A stretch of 32,000 nucleotides of DNA from Alkanindiges illinoisensis DSM 15370 (GTDB taxonomy: Bacteria > Pseudomonadota > Gammaproteobacteria > Pseudomonadales > Moraxellaceae), in the NCBI RefSeq assembly GCF_000619845.1, contig NZ_JHUX01000004.1:263180-295179 (forward strand). Reading direction: 5' to 3'. Below, piece by piece: positions 28,217 through 32,000 of this stretch. The notes below the pieces were generated by a model. It was not told the DNA's origin, did not search any database, and saw only the letters and a program-made list of their open reading frames with translations. The first letter of the stretch is position 1. Each line of letters starts with the position of its first letter. A program made the translations under genes and the position numbers.

Positions 28217-28249
28217 CCATTTCATGATTTTTTTGAGGATTGATTTGAT

Positions 28250-28441
28250 ATGACTAACCATAAGCCACAAACACCTGATAGCCAGTCACTGGAACAATTG
28301 CAGCATACTGTAGATGAGGACATCCGTAAAATGCGTGATGCCCAGCAGTTTCGCACGCTGGAAGAAAAAGTACAGGATTTAAAGAATCAGGGCATTGATC
28401 CCGCCAAAACCTTTGATACGCGAGGCGATGAGGACGATTAA
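28250..28441 (+). CDS. Small acidic hypothetical protein (63 aa)
   Basis: GAGGA lies about 13 nt upstream of the ATG. The product is hydrophilic and the ORF is followed by a hairpin at 28476-28511. I recognise no family. Confidence 0.45.
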   Translation: MTNHKPQTPDSQSLEQLQHTVDEDIRKMRDAQQFRTLEEKVQDLKNQGIDPAKTFDTRGDEDD

Positions 28442-28475
28442 CGTTTAATTTTACTCTTCATAAAACATTAAAAAG

Positions 28476-28511
28476 CTCGACCAGAATAAAGGGTAAAAAC
28501 CTCTGGTCGAG
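28476..28511. terminator. Hairpin between convergent genes (candidate bidirectional terminator)
   Basis: ctcgaccaga (28476-28485) and tctggtcgag (28502-28511) are exact reverse complements with a 16-nt loop. The flanks are A-rich on the plus strand, so T-rich on the minus strand. Confidence 0.5.
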
Positions 28512-28529
28512 AAAACCACGTCTCCCCTA

Positions 28530-28999
28530 TTATACCGCTACCCCCACAATCAGTGTTGCCACATAACCCGCAGTGACACTGCCAGTGACGCTAGACAATT
28601 GCAGGGAATAGCCATCGCGAAATACATTGTCAGTGCTCAGGCTGGTTCGGATATCACTGCGTACAATGCCAGAGCGGGTTAGCACATTAACCCCATTAGA
28701 ACCATCTGCCGGATATGGTCCTTCGGTTTCTTCTGGAATGTTGCCACAACTGCTGACGTTGCCAGTATTATAGTGCTGCTATCAATACTGCCCGACGAAT
28801 TGGTATCTGTGCTATTTGATGCACTGCCAGACGAGGCTACTGTACTGGAAGTACTACTGTCCCCCGAACTTCCAGCGCAGCCGGCCAGTAATAATGCAGC
28901 AGCTCCCCCTGCCTCATGGCCCAGAAGCTGGCGTCTATCCCACTGGCGCGCCATAATTTGCTGGATATCATTGATTAATCCTTTGGAATCCTGTGTCAT
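28530..28999 (-). pseudogene. Frameshifted and apparently truncated Tat-signal lipoprotein with an intradiol-dioxygenase-like domain remnant
   Basis: Frame a (28999 to 28679) encodes ARQWDRRQLLGHEAGGAAALLLAGC, which is a twin-Arg signal plus lipobox, then a Ser/Thr linker. Frame b is open from 28778 to 28530 with no start codon and encodes SSCGNIPEETEGPYPADGSNGVNVLTRSGIVRSDIRTS..., then stops just before the terminator hairpin. Confidence 0.55.
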
Positions 29000-29247
29000 T
29001 ATCTTCCCTTAAATGAAAACACAGGCTTAAGCTATCGATAAATAAAGGAAAATATTTGAATACCCTGTTAATCGTTACTTACAGGCAATATTTTATTTAA
29101 TATTTAAATCATTGATTTTTATTAATTATTTAAAAATACAGCAATTCTTGTTTTATTCATAATCAGCTCAATCCGACAAATAGCAGAAACCCTGTTGAGT
29201 GAGTAAATTTAATGTTTAGCGTTTATTTAGCAAGATTTATCAAAGCA

Positions 29248-29634
29248 TTAGCTTAACATGGCTTTAAAGACACTATAGGCGAGCCACATGGCACATACCC
29301 CAACAATCACACTTAAGCTGGCATAGCTAAAGGCAATGAGCAGTTCACCACGCCGAATCAGGCTTAAGGTTTCAATGCCAAAGGCTGAAAATGTGGTAAA
29401 ACCACCCAATAAGCCTGTCACAATAAACAGGCGGGCTTCCTGATTCACCGCTGGAAACTGTTCAGCAGCGACCAGAAAAATACCCGCCAATAGACAACCC
29501 AAAATATTAACGCCAAATGTTCCCCATGGAAAATGAACCGGATTCACCTGACGCACGATGAGCGCCGATAAGCCATAACGGGCCATTGAACCCAATGCAC
29601 CACCAATGGCAACCAGCAGCAAAGGATGAAACAT
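29248..29634 (-). CDS. crcB: Fluoride ion channel CrcB/FluC
   Basis: 128 aa. The patterns MFHPLLLVAIGGALGSMARY and LLGGFTTFSAFGIE are typical of CrcB. Confidence 0.9.
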   Translation of the reverse strand: MFHPLLLVAIGGALGSMARYGLSALIVRQVNPVHFPWGTFGVNILGCLLAGIFLVAAEQFPAVNQEARLFIVTGLLGGFTTFSAFGIETLSLIRRGELLIAFSYASLSVIVGVCAMWLAYSVFKAMLS

Positions 29635-29704
29635 TATTTTTCCTGAACCATGCTAACAAATAAAATCATGAATCTCTTCAAAGACAAAGTCTATTGCCAG
29701 AAAG

Positions 29705-29741
29705 GGCAAGCCGACAGCTTAATGCCTATATCCGGCTTGCC
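29705..29741 (-). terminator. Hairpin between the SDR gene and crcB (possible terminator or attenuator)
   Basis: ggcaagccg (29705-29713) and cggcttgcc (29733-29741) form a perfect 9-bp stem. On the minus strand it is followed by ctttct. It lies 12 nt after the SDR stop. Confidence 0.35.
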
Positions 29742-29752
29742 TGCATACTCAT

Positions 29753-30535
29753 TTACAGGAATTTTTGCACACTGTTCAGCAGTGCATTCGGCACCAGTTT
29801 TTGCATCTGGTACAGCACTGCCCACGGCAATTTGGGCACAATGGCATTTTTCTTTTTGGCCAGAATTGCTGTTAAAATTTCTTCAGCAACGTCCTTGGCC
29901 TTGGCAATAATCGGCAGGCCATGCGAGTTAAAGCCCTGCAACAAATCAGTGCTGACAAACCCCGGGTAAATCAGGCTTAAACCAATATTTTCACGTAATA
30001 AAGGCGCACGTACCGCATTAAAATAACTGCTCACCGCGGCCTTGCTGGCTGAATAGGCTGCACCGCTTGGCAGTGGCATAAACGCCGAATAGGATGAAAT
30101 CACTGCCAGATGCCCGCCCCGTCCCTGCATGCGGAACAGGCTAATGGCGCTTTCACTGGTGGCAATGGCACCCAGCACATTGGTTTCAAAGACCTGTGCA
30201 TCGCGTTCAATGCGGCCATCGCCCACCTTGCGGCTTTTTAAAATTCCGGCATTGGCCACCACAATGTCAATACGGCCCAGCAGTTCACTAAAGCCCATAA
30301 AAATTGGCATGATCTTTTCATTTTCACAAATATTCAGGGCAGCAACCTCAACCTGCACCTGATAGCGCTCGCGGATGCGTTCGGCCAGATTTTCCAGTCG
30401 GTCCAGTCGACGTGCAACCAGCGCCAGATTCATGCCACGCTTGGCACAGGCCCAGGCCAGCGCTTCACCAATACCACTGGATGCTCCGGTAATTAAAATA
30501 TTTTTTTGCTCAGCTCGCGGTAGCAAGGAAGGCAT
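29753..30535 (-). CDS. SDR family oxidoreductase (classical short-chain dehydrogenase)
   Basis: ILITGASSGIGEALA (TGxxxGxG), NAGI, and S...YSASKAA catalytic motifs. GGAG lies upstream of the ATG. Confidence 0.88.
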   Translation of the reverse strand: MPSLLPRAEQKNILITGASSGIGEALAWACAKRGMNLALVARRLDRLENLAERIRERYQVQVEVAALNICENEKIMPIFMGFSELLGRIDIVVANAGILKSRKVGDGRIERDAQVFETNVLGAIATSESAISLFRMQGRGGHLAVISSYSAFMPLPSGAAYSASKAAVSSYFNAVRAPLLRENIGLSLIYPGFVSTDLLQGFNSHGLPIIAKAKDVAEEILTAILAKKKNAIVPKLPWAVLYQMQKLVPNALLNSVQKFL

Positions 30536-30859
30536 TTTTTGACATCTCCATTGTTTTTTCGGTTTTTGTTCGAAGGTGAATCATATCGGTAGCGTTAAAC
30601 AACACGCAGCATGATTATTGTAAGTCATTCCGGCCCACCTGCTTATAAAATTTCTTGAGACTTGATCAATAATCTGCAAGTGGATGCTAATCAAATTACC
30701 TCAAGTTACCTCAGTTAACTGTTGCTGTTCAGAAAGCTGCTAAAGCGCAGGACTGGTTTGCAAATCCAATACACACTCGGGCAGGGTTTTGCGGTTTGAT
30801 ACTAAAGAATTTTTGAAAACATAATCAAATTAAAAGGTTGGCTTTGAGGAGAAACCCTA

Positions 30860-32000
30860 ATGTACGCGCCCAATTCGGCTTTATTGAATGCTCTGGCACA
30901 CCATAAAATCAATTTTAAGCAAGTGCTGAAATTTATTGATGCCCGTTATGATTTTGAACCAACCGCATTTCAAAATGGCTCACAAAAAAATGCAGCCGGC
31001 GAAAATCAGGGCAGTTGCAAGGTGTTTTGCTTTGCGCACCTGAACAATTTTAACCAGCTTGATACATTGTCGCTGTTTGCCGAGCATTATCAGGCTGTGA
31101 AAGATAATCCGGACGGCACAGACCACCAGAATATTCGCCAGTTTATACATCATGGCTGGGCTGGTATTCATTTTGAAGGCCATGCATTAACGCCAAAAGC
31201 CAATATTGATGACATCAATGCACAGGCTGCCCAGCTATATGCAGACGGCGGTAGCGAATTTGAGGAAATTGCGGTAACGGAAGCTGCCAGCCAGCAACCC
31301 GTTGATGCGCAGCCGGGTGCGACGCCACTAGTGAATGAACCCAGTGACAAACTGTCCGAAAATACTGAAAACTTTGCAGAACCCAGTGCCCCTAAAGATG
31401 CCGATGACAGTGTGGATCAGCACAGTGGATCAACCGAAAGTGGGTCAACTGCACCAGATGTGATAGCACCAAGCAATGAAATCACAGAGGATGATAAAAC
31501 CACGCTGGATGATGCCCGACTGGAAGCAAAAGCTGAACAGGCCATACTGGAAGCAGAAGCGGTTAAACAACAGGTAATTCCACCTTCACCGGGTTCTTCA
31601 GGCAGCATGGCCACCGAAACCACTTATTATACAGATAATGACAGTGTGACCGATGGCACAGCGCTGCCCGAACCTGCTAACTCAGCAACCGAAACCAGCC
31701 CGCAAACGCCTGAGCAGACTGCTGCTTTAACCAATGCTGACACCAGTACAAGTACTATAGATTCAACGCCGAGTGCTGATTCAGCTAACATCAGTGGTAG
31801 TGCCAATTCCAGTGCAACTGAACTCACAGCAGCCAATGCCGAGCATGTGGCTGATAATCCAGCTGCGTTTATTGAAGAAAAAAATACAACCAGTGATCGC
31901 AGTGAACCAGCAACGTCACAGTCACAGTCACAGGATACTGCGGATACTGCGGATACTGCGGATACTGCGGATACTGCGGATACTGCGGATACTGCGGATA
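30860..32000 (+). CDS. HopJ-domain protein fused to a long acidic low-complexity C-terminal extension; 3' end lies outside the window
   Basis: This ORF is not in the ORF track because it has no stop inside the window. GAGGA lies 9 nt upstream of ATG 30860, and the frame stays open for 380 codons to the window edge. The first ~110 aa match HopJ-family motifs as I remember them: FKQVLKFIDARYDFEPTAFQNGSQKNAAGENQGSCKVFCFAHL...DGTDHQNIRQFIHHGWAGIHFEG. The rest is rich in D/E/S/T/A/P. Confidence 0.72.
   Translation, partial: MYAPNSALLNALAHHKINFKQVLKFIDARYDFEPTAFQNGSQKNAAGENQGSCKVFCFAHLNNFNQLDTLSLFAEHYQAVKDNPDGTDHQNIRQFIHHGWAGIHFEGHALTPKANIDDINAQAAQLYADGGSEFEEIAVTEAASQQPVDAQPGATPLVNEPSDKLSENTENFAEPSAPKDADDSVDQHSGSTESGSTAPDVIAPSNEITEDDKTTLDDARLEAKAEQAILEAEAVKQQVIPPSPGSSGSMATETTYYTDNDSVTDGTALPEPANSATETSPQTPEQTAALTNADTSTSTIDSTPSADSANISGSANSSATELTAANAEHVADNPAAFIEEKNTTSDRSEPATSQSQSQDTADTADTADTADTADTADTAD
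31934..32000 (+). repeat. Perfect 9-bp tandem repeat (GATACTGCG)n, at least 7 copies, in frame (Asp-Thr-Ala), running off the window
   Basis: gatactgcg starts at 31934, 31943, 31952, 31961, 31970, 31979 and 31988, then a partial gata at the edge. It is preceded by (tcacag)x3 at 31916-31933. Confidence 0.9.

Noticed and set aside
29635-29752. Possible fluoride riboswitch (crcB motif) upstream of crcB
   Set aside because: I read the minus strand of the 118-nt spacer and also the region upstream of the SDR gene (30536-30660). Neither has the conserved GGCGAUG...CUGAUGAUGCCUAC-type core. The only structure is a simple 9-bp hairpin at 29705-29741. An Infernal scan with RF01734 would settle it.
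30696-30713. Direct repeat ttacctca x2 with 10-bp spacing, upstream of the HopJ-domain gene
   Set aside because: Two 8-mers are too short to distinguish from chance without conservation data.
31168-31836. Three minus-strand ORFs (31168-31350, 31417-31623, 31627-31836)
   Set aside because: They lie antisense to the uninterrupted plus-strand HopJ-tail ORF. Their Ser/Ala/Cys-rich low-complexity translations mirror that tail, so they are shadow ORFs.
1-32000. Mobile elements, prophage, integrons, tRNA or rRNA genes
   Set aside because: I found no transposase, integrase or recombinase-like ORF, no long terminal inverted repeats, and no tRNA-like T-arm (GGTTCGAATCC-type) or rRNA-like sequence. 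The absence is judged by eye only; tRNAscan-SE, ISfinder or Infernal should confirm it.

Overview
The window reads as chromosomal DNA from a gammaproteobacterium. Gene content and protein N-termini suggest a relative of Acinetobacter in the Moraxellaceae, but that is a guess from memory, not a search result.

Most of the window is ordinary core genome. It holds the 3' end of a PQQ-type beta-propeller dehydrogenase and a YncD/PqqU-like TonB-dependent receptor. It also holds an NhaC-type membrane transporter, an alpha/beta hydrolase followed by a small HNH protein, a GNAT acetyltransferase and a Gly/Ala-rich glycine-zipper lipoprotein. Further genes are aroE, a large acyl-CoA dehydrogenase, a PspC-domain mini-protein, glyQ-glyS, a TIGR01777/YfcH-like epimerase, an orphan ParA-like ATPase and an AI-2E transporter. 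The remainder are hemW, an EVE-domain protein, a YdcZ/DUF606 transporter, a MATE efflux pump, an ABC1-family kinase, crcB and an SDR oxidoreductase. Several uncharacterised lipoproteins are scattered among them.

I saw no rRNA, tRNA, CRISPR array, transposase, integrase or obvious defence island, and nothing I can confidently call a complete new system.

The parts that deserve a second look are:
- A tandem pair of diverged paralogous exported proteins (18264-19751) that I cannot assign to a family. They are separated by an array of about 9 degenerate direct repeats with a 17-bp period, and they are divergently transcribed from the orphan ParA gene.
- A Tat-signal lipoprotein gene (28530-28999) whose dioxygenase-like domain is frameshifted and truncated.
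- A HopJ-domain ORF (from 30860) fused to a long acidic low-complexity tail. It ends in an in-frame 9-bp microsatellite that runs off the window.
- The adjacency of a PQQ enzyme gene and a PqqU-like receptor gene.

All family assignments come from motif recognition by eye. No database search or alignment statistic was run.
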